A stretch of DNA of 64,000 bases from Lophium mytilinum (lineage: Eukaryota): NCBI GenBank assembly GCA_010093605.1, contig MU004184.1, positions 188,179 to 252,178 of the forward strand, written 5' to 3'. A model generated the notes under the pieces. The model saw only the letters and a list, made by a program, of their open reading frames with translations, ran no database searches and had not been told where the DNA came from. Made by a program: the position numbers and the translations under genes. Shown in pieces: positions 39,048-51,250 of the stretch (position 1 is its first letter; each line of letters opens with the position of its first letter).

Positions 39048-39491
39048 CAGTTCAACGGATACGACTGGCAAGGCCGCCAGCTCGAGGTTCGCGAGGATCG
39101 TTTTGCCCAAGGTCCCCCCGGCAGAGCTCGGGAGAGCTATAGGCTGTTCACCCTAGGGTTGGACAACCCACAAGGATAGAGTGCCACCAAAGGTTTGGGT
39201 CGACTCTGACCCAAGCCCAGAGGCGCTTGAATGCGTCTGGCGTGCGGCGCATGGACTCAACCCTAAGCGCTGTCCAAGACCTGCGTAACGAGACTGTTGA
39301 CTGTAGACCAAAACACTTCCCAACGACTTCACCGACTTCGCAACCTTGGGCGGCGAGGTAAGTGAAGTCATCCACGTCCGGAATGTAAGTGGCGTGACTC
39401 CTCCCTTCTATACAAGAGACCGACCGCACTCAGCTCCCGTGGTTAACAACCAACGAGAACTTGGTAGAGCTGTTCAGGACTAGGGGCAAGG
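39048..39491 (+). pseudogene. GBP2: GBP2/HRB1-like fragments (end of RRM2; linker and start of RRM3)
   Basis: QFNGYDWQGRQLEVREDRFA at 39048-39107. Then PNDFTDFATLGGEVSEVIHVRN, intron 39385-39433, LPWLTTNENLVELFRTRGK. Confidence 0.9.
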
Positions 39492-39643
39492 CCCCCCTTC
39501 TCAACGAACACCCGCTACCCTGCCAGTGGCTCTGTTGGTCTCGACAATCCGAATGTGTCCCACAAGGTCGAAACACCCGTCCAACAGGTCATGATTGTTC
39601 CGGAAACTATGCTTGGGGGTCAGCCGCGCCGAGATCCAGTGCG

Positions 39644-39768
39644 AAGCAGGGATGATGTTCAGCGCAACTCTCTCTGAGGACATCCGTCCCGTCTGCAGGA
39701 TGTTCATGCAGAATCCGCTCGAGATCTACATCGACAACCAGGAGAAACTCACTCTCCATGGTCTCCAG
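39644..39768 (+). pseudogene. SUB2: SUB2/UAP56 fragment (motif III and downstream) embedded in the GBP2 mosaic
   Basis: Reads KQ(V)[39 protein letters not shown]. It is directly preceded by GBP2-like VSRAEIQCE (39619-39645). Confidence 0.92.
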
Positions 39769-39814
39769 CCGATGCCCGTTCCCGTGGTACTAATGTAGTC
39801 CAACTCGAGAACCT

Positions 39815-40163
39815 AGAGGGCCCAGCTACAGCACGAAGCCCACGATCGCCCCTATAGTACTGTTGCGGTTCAGCTGGAGAAGCCAGAGGATAGAGTTACT
39901 GCCCGAAGTGAACGGTCGCTCCCGTGGTACTAGTGTGGTCCAGTCCGAGAAAGTGGAAGATGCAGTCACAGCTATCTGTACGTCGTGTCCTGTCAGCCTT
40001 CGAGATACCATCTAACCATTCCACAGCCAAATGCACTGGATATCAGTACGGTAGTCGCCCGCTTGGCATCTCTCACGTCCGCTACACCAACATCTCCAGC
40101 GGAGGCGAGGCTATGGAGGGAACTGAGGCTACTGGCGGTCTTACTCAGGATCAGATCATGTAG
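39815..40163 (+). pseudogene. GBP2: GBP2/HRB1-like RRM3 C-terminal fragments up to the native stop
   Basis: Duplicate piece RAQLQHEAHDRPYSTVAVQLEKPEDRVTA. Then EVNGRSRGTSVVQSEKVEDAVTAI, intron 39978-40026, SKCTGYQYGSRPLGISHVRYTN..GGLTQDQIM*. Confidence 0.9.
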
Positions 40164-43100
40164 AGCGCTCATTGGCTTAATGTTATTTTGAGATTTGGCG
40201 AGGTCAGCGAAGTGGACCTGTTCTTGACGCTAAGCGTAATAGTAAAAGTTTTATTTTCTGACGTCGTCTTCTAAATGAATGTGTCGCTACTTGTCCGTGA
40301 AGACTCGCCCTTTACGCATACCTATATGACTAACCAGCTCCGTCCAGCTAGTTGTAAGATTGCCTGCTCAGCCACATTCTCTATATTTGCGATACCAGAC
40401 TTCACTTTTAGAACATTGGCGGAGTAAGCTGGACCTCATCTGGACACCCTTTGACCCCTCAACTTTCGAGCTCTGAGAGCGTTGTGGGTGAGGAGCTGCC
40501 TCCACCGTTAGGCGCGACTACATTAGCACTGCAACACTAGTATATCCGAAGCGGCTGGAGGGACGGGACCACTACAAGATGGGTACGGTAATACTTCATG
40601 TGAACGGCATTATGACGTACCTTACTGCCTCTTCTTCGCCGAGGCAGCGGTGGTCAAGTGTAATCTTTTTGCATCGAGGCTGAAATCAACATATCCCAGT
40701 TTCAAATCCTAGCTATGCGTGCTATGTAGAGATATGAGGTATAACCCTTCGCAGCTCCCGACGGGCGGTATGCATCCTGCTATCCCTTGGGCCTCTAGCT
40801 CGCTGCTCCATTTTATCATCGAATGCCCCCAGCCGTTGCCTCCAATAATGCGTCATCACGTCCGCCATCCTCCAGCTGTTATTTGTCTTCCGTTAGACGA
40901 GCCTCCACCGCCACTACTCCGTGAGGCAATTGAATCCGACTTGGCACTCGAGTGTCGTGGGCTTCGAGGTGGAGTCGGTCGAGAGGGTAGGCGTGGTCGG
41001 CGACTCTTTAGTGGGGGGAAAATCTATCTATCATTAGCGGCAAGGCCCAAGGCAAGAAGCACCGGCGCTAAGAGTCCTGCTTACCCTCGTCGCAACAGTA
41101 GTGAGGAAAGCCGGTATCTCACCCTCCGCTCCAGACGCTCCACAATTGCTATTAGATCTAACTCGCCAGTCTTCGGACGTGAAAATCTGTAACCGTGGTT
41201 GATGACCGCCGCGTCTGTATGATCCGCTCCCGACGACGCCTTTTCGGCTTTCTTTCGGTCCTTTTCGACGGCATTCGACTCGTAAAACACTGTTCATACT
41301 CACTCTGGTTTCTGAACCAAGGACCAGGAGACATGGGGTCGCCCTCCTCTTCACCGTTGTTTTCAAGTTTGGTAGCCATCTTCGAGCTCTGGTGGCTCCT
41401 CACATCGTCGAAAGAATGGCGTCTCGAATGAGAGTCAAAGGGGCCGCTGAAACTGAGCAACGTGGTCAGGTGAGGTTTCTTCGGACTGTCCATGATGCTA
41501 GTATCGGTCGAGATGCGGTGGAGGTCGGAGCCGAGACCAATGGTATGCTCGCTATAGCGTTTGTAAGTACACAGCTCCGTGCAGCCCCAAGCCTTTCTGA
41601 AGTGCTCCTCTGCGACATGTGACGTCTTGAGAAGCGCTTCTTCCAGATCAAGAATGGTGCGAGATCAGGAGATTGCTATCTCGACAGGTTGAACGAGGCA
41701 GGACGAGACGACGATATATGTGAGGAGCTCGGCTGTCGTCGTGGTCTTTCTCTAGCGCTAGTGCGTACACTCGGAGCTCTTGTAGGTAAATTCGAGGAGG
41801 AGGCTCTGTAGGCGCACTGTGGTGTCGATGGTGAGCTCTACAGTGGTGGGTTGGAAATCATGGCGTACAATATGGGAACACGGGCCACGAGTAGGAACTT
41901 TTCGAACTAGGAGGCGAAGGTGTAGTTGAAGGTGGTGACGCGGGGCGAAAAGTCAAGGACGAGGACGAGAACTCTGAGGTCGGGGTCTAGGACCACGGGT
42001 CTGAGACTACCTATGGGGTTGGTCATTGACGTGAGTTGAGAGAGAGGGATGACAAGGGCAAGATGACTTACGGGCCTCTTTCCCACTGCTGGAAGCTCCA
42101 TACGGTATCTTGTGCATGTCTTCTGCTTGACTGACCGGCCAATGTGATCCTGTTCGCAGATTGGAAGCCTGGATTCCTCGCTGCCGCGCAGGATAGCGCT
42201 GGCCCGTTCTGGCTTGGAAGGACGGTGCAGTGGTACATTCAAGCGGCTGTCCTTGAAGCAATCGCGCCATTGCCAACGGCTCATGGTGGGGATGTGCTGC
42301 TGGCTCTCATGGCGGATACGAAGGATGCGGGTTGATCCATAGCTTGACACCAGTTCGCCTTCGGGGTTACTGTCTCTTCTGATACGGTACGTTGTCCACG
42401 ATCCATGTCGTCGTTGATGGGTGCGTGGCTGCTAGCTAACAGACCTTCGTGAAGTAGAAGATGCTCGGCTAAGCTGGAAGTGTCCTTCGGTGTAGGGCTT
42501 TCGTCTACAAGGATAGATTGTTGCTTTCTCTGCTCTTCACGGCCCGATCTTCGATTACTGCGGTATATATCACAAGTATATATTGACTTCGACTGGAACA
42601 CCTTGGGCAATAACAGGTCATCCTTCGCTCAGCGCACTCCGACGTGTATGGTTGGGTAGAACAGCCAGACAGTTCGACTCGTCCTTCAGAGCCCTGGGAT
42701 CACTGCGGAAGCAGTAGCGTCACATGTCGAGGGCCTGGCGAGGTTGGCGGCCGTCATAGTGGGCTTCACGCTCAACAGTCAAGAGGAGGAGAAAGTCCGA
42801 AGCCTTTGGATCTTTTCAAAACGTGGCGTTATACGCTCAGAGGTTTCGGTGGGGTAGACTTTCTGTGGGCAAGTTCGCCATTGTCCTGCGCGAGTTGCCT
42901 TTTTGGTTGGGTTTAGGAGGGTTCTGGCGGACGAGAAGCTCGTCAACACTAATTCGGAGGTTGAGCTGTGCGTGTCGACTGAGAAGGGAAAATTGAGAAG
43001 CTCCAAGGACTACGCTTCTAATCGAACAGTTGGATTGTGGTGGGCTTTTCGATGGCGCTCGACTTTCAAACATCGAGCTCAGTTCCGAATCGAATGTCGG

Positions 43101-45381
43101 TACCTGTTGCTTCCTCGCTCTTGAACCTTTCGTGTCTTTGTTTCGTTTGGGGGTCGTGAGGGAATTTGTTCGTATTTTAGCCGTCTATATTTCGCTTCCT
43201 CGTTGCTGTTTGGCATACTCGTGACAGTTGCAGGCTTGAAGAACAGGAGTCTCCCGTCCAATTCTCCAAGTTACTCTTCTCTGGCTGCATGTAAAAGGCC
43301 TGCGGGTATACCGGGACCTTACTCTCGTCTCTGACCCCGATAGAGGGCTTCCGGAGGTCTCGAGTGGGTTCAGTCTTCTTTATTTTCGAGAGTTGGCTCA
43401 GCTGGTCCCTAAGGTCAGAATAGATTATAGCAGATCCGACCGGCCATTAAAGCAGTCTCAACTCGCACTATTCACCATGCCGGCTCTCTCTTCTCAGCCT
43501 TAAATGCTCAGGACGTGGCCCAGCTGACAGACTTGCACTCGGGTGGCGAAGGCTACTTGACATGCTCGTTCCGAGGTTTAGAGAAGAGCGGGTTTTTTCA
43601 ATGCTTTAGCGATTCCGGCATTGCCCAGCTCCGCCAATGGCGTTAGAGGGCTCGACAGTCCTCAAGGGGGGTCGATAACAGCATCCACCCAGTTGCAGCC
43701 TTGGTATTCAGTCCGCGGAGAGCATCGTGACTTCTAACAGCCTCCACAGGATCTTCCGCATGTATGCCTAGAACCGGTGGGGTGAGGGTCAATCGTGTCC
43801 ATCGCACTGAGAACAGCATCAACCACGGGATGTTCTCGCTGCGGGTACCATTGAGCTGCGAGTCCCTGAGCTGGAGCGCAAATTTGGCTGCCGTCCTGAA
43901 TTTTGGTCTTCCTGCTTCGCCTTCCCCGGCTCCGGTTAGATGGTCCCATCAGCGTCCCTATGCCAAACAGCGCTCAGGGCCGAGTGTTTGAACAACTTCT
44001 CAACCGTAAGCTCGGTCCGGTTGAGAGCATACTGCCTCGCGCGATCTCCGGTCTGTGTGTCCGCGTCCGTCAATTCGGCTTGCTTGGGGTCCTAACGGAA
44101 CGATCGGACGTGGAGCTTCGGCCGTTGTCTGCGTTGCCTTTCTCGCAGTCCAAAGCGATACAGATCGAGGACATCTTGCGATGAAGTGTCGCTGTGATTG
44201 GTGACGGAGATCAGAGTAGAGGTAGGGTAGGTTTGTCGTAATCGTCGTAGGAAGGCATGACAGCTTGGGTGAAAGATTCATCGTGGCAGTAGAGCGAATG
44301 TAGGCGTTGACCTGCCCTTCCTTTAGAAAGAGTAAGTAGTGTATCTTAGATCGGGTTATGAGGATTCTGCAGGGCCTCACTATCGATGAGTTAGAGAAGC
44401 TGAACGGGATGTGGTGAAAGCTTGAGAGGACAGGCGGGTTATGGCTCGAGGGACAGCGCCACTGAGCTCACGGCCGATACAGGCAGTAATCCTCTAGGAT
44501 GGATCATCTGGAATGTAGTCTTGCTGCTGGCGCTAAGCGCGTGGAGCGTGTTGTCTAGCTCGTCGGAACCTCAAGACCGCTGTCATCTGGTCTCCGGAAG
44601 GCAGGTGTGGGCATCTGCGAGCGCCATGTGATAGGAGGAATGGCCTACCAGCGTTCATAGGTGAGTCGAATGAATCAAATGCGCCTTCAATGAACGAAGG
44701 AAGGCGTTCATCGTTGCGCGGGTGAAGCAATGATAGAGTCTCGCAGGGGGAGAAGGCAGTTGTGCGTCTACCGCAGAGGCAACGAGAGAAAGCGAACGGG
44801 GAATCGCAAGAAGGAAGCGGTTTGAATGGATGCACGAAATGCGGAGCGCGATGTTGCTACTTCAGAGCGCGCGGTAGGCGGGTAGAAATGCGGAGTAACA
44901 TCACGTGCAGAAAGTGCTTTCCCAGCCTCGAAGTTGGCCGTCGGAACATCTGACAAAAGACATGGAAAGCTCATGTGTGCTAATTATGAGATGCAAGATG
45001 CATGATAGTTGGCGACGGCCCATCGCGAGAAGGGGTGTCGACTGTGTGAAGTTTGCGACCGAGTCTGGACAATCATACCCAACAATGCACTCGAGAGCTT
45101 CGTGCGGCGACCTTGGGGGCAAGATGTTTGTCCAAATGGAGCCCGGCTCGAGCCATCGAATGCGAAAAGGAAGTGCGGTGCTTGTTGGAAACTTAGGTGA
45201 AATGTATGTGAGATTAATGACTACAAAATCTGGATGCACTAAAAACCTGAGATGTTGACTATGAATAGTAGAACACTGTCTAAGTAATTACAGCGGTCGA
45301 TAGCGGTCGGAGTGTTTTCCGGAACTGCCCGTGGTCACCTGCTGGGCGGGAAATCTGGAAGTGGGGCGCACTTTGTTTGGG

Positions 45382-45398
45382 TATATATTTACTATAAA
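45382..45398 (+). promoter_or_regulatory. TATA elements of the U6 (Pol III) promoter
   Basis: TATATATTT and TATAAA lie about 15-30 bp upstream of the U6 5' end. Confidence 0.7.
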
Positions 45399-45411
45399 TT
45401 CAACGCACTTC

Positions 45412-45515
45412 GCCTTCGGGCATTTGGTCAATTTGAAACAACACAGAGAAGATTAGCATGGCCCCTGCACTAAGGATGACACGCTTTATCAAAGAGTAGC
45501 TTCAAAATTTTTTTT
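45412..45515 (+). ncRNA. SNR6: U6 spliceosomal snRNA
   Basis: 5' GCC-TTCG-GGC hairpin, TTTGGTCAATTTGAAAC, ACAGAGA box 45443-45449, GATTAGCATGGCCCCTGCACTAAGGATGAC and a T-run terminator. Confidence 0.96.
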
Positions 45516-45541
45516 GTGCTTTTTGCGCACGCTAGGGTTGC

Positions 45542-45553
45542 GAGTTCGAGCCC
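45542..45553 (+). promoter_or_regulatory. Downstream Pol III B-box of the U6 gene
   Basis: GAGTTCGAGCCC about 30 bp after the terminator. Yeast U6 (SNR6) is known to use a downstream B-box. Confidence 0.75.
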
Positions 45554-48500
45554 AAGGGTGGACCTATTTTTTTTGCCCATGGTACAGTCTTTTTGCACTC
45601 GCGTGGCAGCAGTTAAGATTTGATTTTGCTACAACATACAGCTATGAAACGTATACCATATGTTCCTGGCTTATTTCGCACGTCACTGTCGCTCGAATGC
45701 TAAAACCCTCATTTGTCCGCTTTCCTTGGGCCATCAGAACGAACGCCCAAAAACATCATCCCAACAACGAGCGCCCCATTTGAGCGCATAAGATCTCACA
45801 TGTTGATCCTAGGTCCATGCTAACTTCAATTTGGCCTTCTGAGGCGTCACTTCGGGCGATACCCTCCTTTAGCAAAGATAGCGGCACTGTACATCACCTT
45901 GACTTGCGCGAGTCACTCTACCTCTCAACCTTCCAGCTTTCCCTTTAAGAAACCCTGTTGAAGTCCAGTCTTGTCATAAATCGCTAATATGAGATAATTT
46001 GTAGCTTCACGCGTTCTACCGCACGCACCGCCGTCCAGAACCTCTCGTCCCCCTCCCCATGTTTGTCTCGAGAACATCATCCTTAACCCGACCCTCACAC
46101 TTCTCTTCTTCCAGTCATTCGGTAGCGCCCATAGTGTCGCCTCCAACTCCAACTCTACCATTACCGCTCCAAAAAGAGAGTAGACCGCACGTCCCGCCGT
46201 GAGACTACCAACTCGCCCGCTCTCAAAGACGACTGCCACGTCTGCCAACAGGACCCCTGACTCCTACACTCATCCGCCCATTTTATCGTCTGGCAGACCG
46301 CTATAACACCATCCTCGTCGCCCCTCAGAAACCTCTATTGCGTCAAGTTCCGACTCTGACTTTCGGAACTCGCCAACGGTACCCCCGGCACAATCTCCTT
46401 GTCGCCTCCCACGCTGCCTTCGTCGCCTCGCACTAGTTCCTCTTCCGTCAAGTTTCGAGTTCGAGTCCCGGAGCGACCACCGACGCCCTGGGTACGTTCC
46501 CCTGACCTGTCGCTCAGCCTGTGTATGAGGCCACCGCGTCTTCCCCTTTGGCCGGAATCCGACTTGGAGCCCCTTGATGGTCCACCAGTCATTATACAAG
46601 GCACCCTAGGAGTAGCTTCAGCCAAATACATCGTGCGCCTACAAAGCCACCTACGTCCGACCCTTCTGGTAACTTCCAGCACCGGACCTTCATGTCGACC
46701 AACGCGTTTGCCTACGAGGCAGTCTCTCCCCATCAGAATCGTGTCGAGTGTATCCTCCGACACCTCCTAGAGCCCCGAAGCGCCCTATCTCACGATCACA
46801 TATACCGTTCTTCAGGCGTTGTCGATACGGCTTTTCAGAGACTGTAGGTGAGGCTGACAAGCTTGGACGAGCGTAGACTCGAATACGTGGTGTAACATAA
46901 AACGTATGTGAGGGTCAATCAGCGAAGACCTCTGGGTGCCCATCTGCTTCCCGACCCCAAGACAACTACCCCAAAGCAAGCGTTGAGGCCGTTTTGGACG
47001 CCAAGCGAGTTGAAGAGGAGCCGTATCTCCGCAGGGGCTACTTTCAGCCGCCGTCGATTACAAGGTGGCAGAAAGGAAAAGCAGGGGTCCCTTTTGCGTC
47101 AGGAGCTGGTATTCGTACGAAGCATCTGGTCGGCGACTCGTAGTTCCGTCGCGACGATCCTCATGAGTTCTCGAAATTCGAGATCCTCTTTGCAGACGAG
47201 CGTGCAGTACCTCTGGATCATGATGAGAGCAACTACAAGGCAGTCAAAGAGGAACTGCTCGATAAGATCCCCACGGAACTAGGCACTCCCATCGTGCACC
47301 TGAGGTTCGGAACACTTGGTTTCCTCGGCCGAGTCGCCATTGATGTTGTCATTGAAGTCAAAGCTACACGGGAGGGGTTCGTTGTGGGCGCCTTGCGCAG
47401 AGCTCGGAGTAGGTTCTTCTTCTAACGCCTCTTCCGTAAGAGGTGGGTATGATCGGGTGGTACTTGGCAGTGCTATTGGAAGTACTATAGGCCATTGAAG
47501 GCCTTCGTGCGGCGGTTGAGAAGCCAATTTGTCTCTCAATAGTCGACTTGCCGTGTCAACAACACCCTTGTCTCAAAAATGTATGAAAACTCATCTCCGT
47601 TCACATTGATTTTGTAGTGCGAGTTTCTTCTGCTGTAATGATCATGCAAGATATCTCTAGCCCATAGCCGGGATCTCGCGTATGTGAAGTCGTTGGGCGT
47701 TTGGGACAGCTTATAAATCCATGGATATGAATGTTGCGCGAGGTGCGAAGAGGGACGTTTGTACTCCTTGCGAGTATGCTGGCGTCTTGGAGTTTCATGG
47801 GACGACTGGATTCTTAGGTGGCAATGATAGAGGTTTTATCAGCACAGCATAATGATAGCCCGAAGGTCACTTCTCTGGGCTTATGGATGAGAGGTAGGTC
47901 CCCTGTGAATTGCGAATGTGAAGGTAAGCCACTAGGCTTGCTAAGACATTATATCGAGCTACATCGACAAAGCTCCCAAAAGAAAACTCTCACGTCGACT
48001 GGCTTTCAATGAAAGTTGCTTCAATTCTGCTTGCGGGGACTTGTTACTAATCTAAGACACCTCCTGCAGTGTGATGGATTTGAAATTGACATCTAAAGCC
48101 CGTAAACCTCTGGCCAAGCTCTGATGACCGCGTAACTTCTTCTTCAACTTGCAATGTAAGGCTCGGGACTGAATTAGGCTCTTGTGACTGCACATCTCTT
48201 GGACGGCGCTCTTTCCGTGTGCTCTTGAACTGTAGCTATGCACTTCAGACAGCATCCGCGGATAGATGGAATGGAACTCTGACGCCTGGTCCTCCGCAAC
48301 AATCGCCATAAGTCATCTCCACTTTCTTCCTACTTCCCCTCATCGCTACGTTCCCCAGCCCCCAGTCAAAATCGAATAACTCTCCGCCCCAAAGCAGCCT
48401 TGCCATGCTGCCTTTTCTCGCTACAGTTTCCAATGCGAAGACGGCGACAAACGGGCAGACTCAGGCAGATTGAAGGCATCTTTTACTGAGACGATGAGTA

Positions 48501-50689
48501 GGAGAGAGATGAGCAAGTGGTACGTACCGTATGGGCCTGACGTGTGACCCCTAGATCAACCGGTCAATGGCCACTTGGATCAGGCTATCTCGATGCGCCC
48601 TATATATAGTGAATTTCGTCTAGGTCTCGAATGCAGGATCTTTCCGAGCCAGGAGCTTGCTGGTGTGCCTCCGGTCTCGTCTTCAGCAAGTCTACACAGT
48701 AAGTAGATCTGGTGGTGGGCACTGTGCACGGCTGCGTTCCCGGCCGCATCGACGACTGTGATGAATGGGAGAAGCGAGTTGTCCTTGTGAGAGCGGGATG
48801 CTTGAATGCGGTAGTAGAAGGGGGAGCCATGCTTTGGCCTCTTCGAGACGGAGAGGCCTGGGAGCGTCCAGCCTTTATCCGTCCGCAGCACCCTGTGAAA
48901 ACACGTTAGTAGCTGGTAGTTTCTTTTGCGGTTGCCAACGCGTTCATCAGTGTTCCCACCTCCGCGTCCAGCGTCGATGGCCATTTCAGTGTGTTCACAT
49001 CCGGATAGTCCAGCAAAGAGAGGATCCGCTATCCTGAAAAATACCAGGAAATGGTAGGTAACCTAAGCGCTTCCCCGAGAACTTGGAAATGCTAATCTCC
49101 GGGTCCTTCAAGAAGCTGGAAGGCCCTGAAGAACCCTCGAAACGAGCAATACCTTTGATCAATGGTGGTTCACTAGCCTTGAACTAGTAAATTGGCCTCA
49201 TGTGTCAAAGAGGGATGCACAGCGGCTTAGGAGACCACCTGATGCGCTGAAAAAGCCAGAGTGTAGAGGAAAAGAAGCCGGCATACTGGTAAGAGTATTC
49301 AAGGGTCAATTGGCAGGCCTTGGCCAGGGAGACGGAGAATCTTGATCAGAATGCGTACGTGCAAGTGCACCAGAAAGTGTTTGAAATGGGCGAGACACAC
49401 GGTTTCCCCAGTGAGAGACGAGGGCTCTCTTCTGCATATGTGATTTTTTATACCGCTTAAGAGGACGAGAGTGACACAATAACAGACAAAAGGAGACAGT
49501 TCAGAATATAGCGACGGTTAAGTCCACAGAAGAAGACATAATTCCAGCCTTCTGGGGCGACCTCATCGTACCCTTTTCCAAATTTGACACTGATGTAAAT
49601 GATGCCTACCTCAGGGCTGAAGCGAGCCCTTATTTCTACCGTCATCCTCGTCAATATAGTATCTCAAGCATGACCGGGCACCTTCTTGCACAGCCAGATC
49701 CCGCGAGCTCCAGACTCGTAGCCATAATGCCTGTCGATGACTAACTCGGCTGGTAGCTGGATCGATTCCGTGTGGATGTAGAAAGATGATACCAGTTCGC
49801 AAAAGACAAGAATTTCCGCTCTTGGATTGTGACGATGGCACACCCGCCTTCTCCATGCTGATCCACGGCCTCCCGAATCAGCGCTTTACGAATTGCCAAC
49901 AGAAAACCCGACCAGCCTTGTGAGGCAATAGATAATGGGTCCCTTCATGCCCCCGGACTTCCATCGTTGCCGTGGCTGTCATAACCACAAGGCCCAATTA
50001 CGCTGTCTCCCTGGTATGTTTTCGATCCTAGACGCCGAGACCTCGGGTCTTCAAATTGGTTTCGGGGGTATCACAGGTCGTCGAGAATGGCGCGGTGGAA
50101 TTCTGCGCCATGTTGGACACCATTAGAAAGCTTTGTGCTTTTGTGTTGTGGTCGAGAGGAAGGAGTGCCGCCGGGTACTGGCTTCGAGATCCTGGACGTA
50201 GCCAGCCGTGACCGAGAACCTACCCCAGTGAGTTAGCTCAGCATGATCTCAAGTCGCAAAGCCTGTATGGCTCCGTCCCTACCTTCTAGGGTCCAGTGGT
50301 AGCCCCAGCGTCGATTAGAAATGTGGTGTTGAGCATGGCGAGCCCGACGGGTTTGGGAAATCCCGTGGACCGGGCCCGCCACGTCGCGCCTCTCATTGAG
50401 TAGATATGACAGAAGCTCGGAGGTTTGGTCTCTTTGGACGTCTCAGCCATGGAAACGAATGCTGATGTTGCTCGGTCACAGCCGTACGCTGGCTCTGTTC
50501 GTAGTGGCTTCGTCTCCAGCGGTTATGAGGCGCGGTCAGCTCGTCCTGTCCCATCAAGATCCGCCTTGATGAAGTACTAAGAGAAAGGTCATGAAGTAGA
50601 AGTTCGAAGGGGAGAGGCACTTTGGGTTGTCTGTAGCCTGTTGGATCTTGTCGGGGGTGGCAGTCTTACCTATGAAGCTGGCTGGCAGC

Positions 50690-51250
50690 CTTTTCGACAT
50701 CGCGTTCTAGAGCCACGTACCGCAGTGACCCTATATGATGGGATCTCAACGTGTACGCCACTGCCGCTTGGAATACGGCTTAACGGCCTCTTTTCCACGC
50801 CCCGCGTGGTGTTGATGGACGCGTCGCGTGCATTCTCGCGGGAGAGGTACGCTGGCCACGCCCACCACAAGTTGCCCCGTAGTGACTGGGATTGATCAGA
50901 TCTTCATTAGGTTGTCTCCATGAGTGACTCAATAACTTGTTTGATGCTCCTCGAGGGCATCCGTGGCATCAGCAGCGCGCCGCGGGACAGGCTTGCGTGA
51001 CAGCCTGCTGTGCGTGCCCACCACATTAGGTCCCGTAGTGTGTCGCCATGATAGATATCACGTAGGAGGAGCTCCAGCTCAAGCTCCAGAGTCTCTACAG
51101 TGCAGCAGAGCCCTCCGCAAGCCGTAGGACTGGTGTCGTGACTACAGATCTCTCAAAGGGCTGCTGGCCGCGCTCACAGCTACGCCCGTCGCCCATAGGC
51201 TCTCCCAGTGTCACCCTAAGGCAAGCCCTCATTGAAGATCATGATTATAG
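50690..51250. repeat. Diverged ~156-bp tandem array (3-4 units)
   Basis: CCGYAGTG at 50720, 50877 and 51033. GCCCACCACA at 50860 and 51016. Confidence 0.65.

Noticed and set aside
44310..44375. Possible PHO85 catalytic-loop remnant (RIL..DLK..LL..GQ)
   Set aside because: Requires several frameshifts; not convincing.
45531..45574. tRNA gene
   Set aside because: No D-arm, anticodon arm or cloverleaf; treated as the U6 B-box.
40700..50350. Numerous 60-160 aa ORFs and broken coding-like stretches (also 1-3520 and 33900-38300)
   Set aside because: Probably decayed orphan genes or antisense shadows. No family recognised and no reliable gene model could be built.
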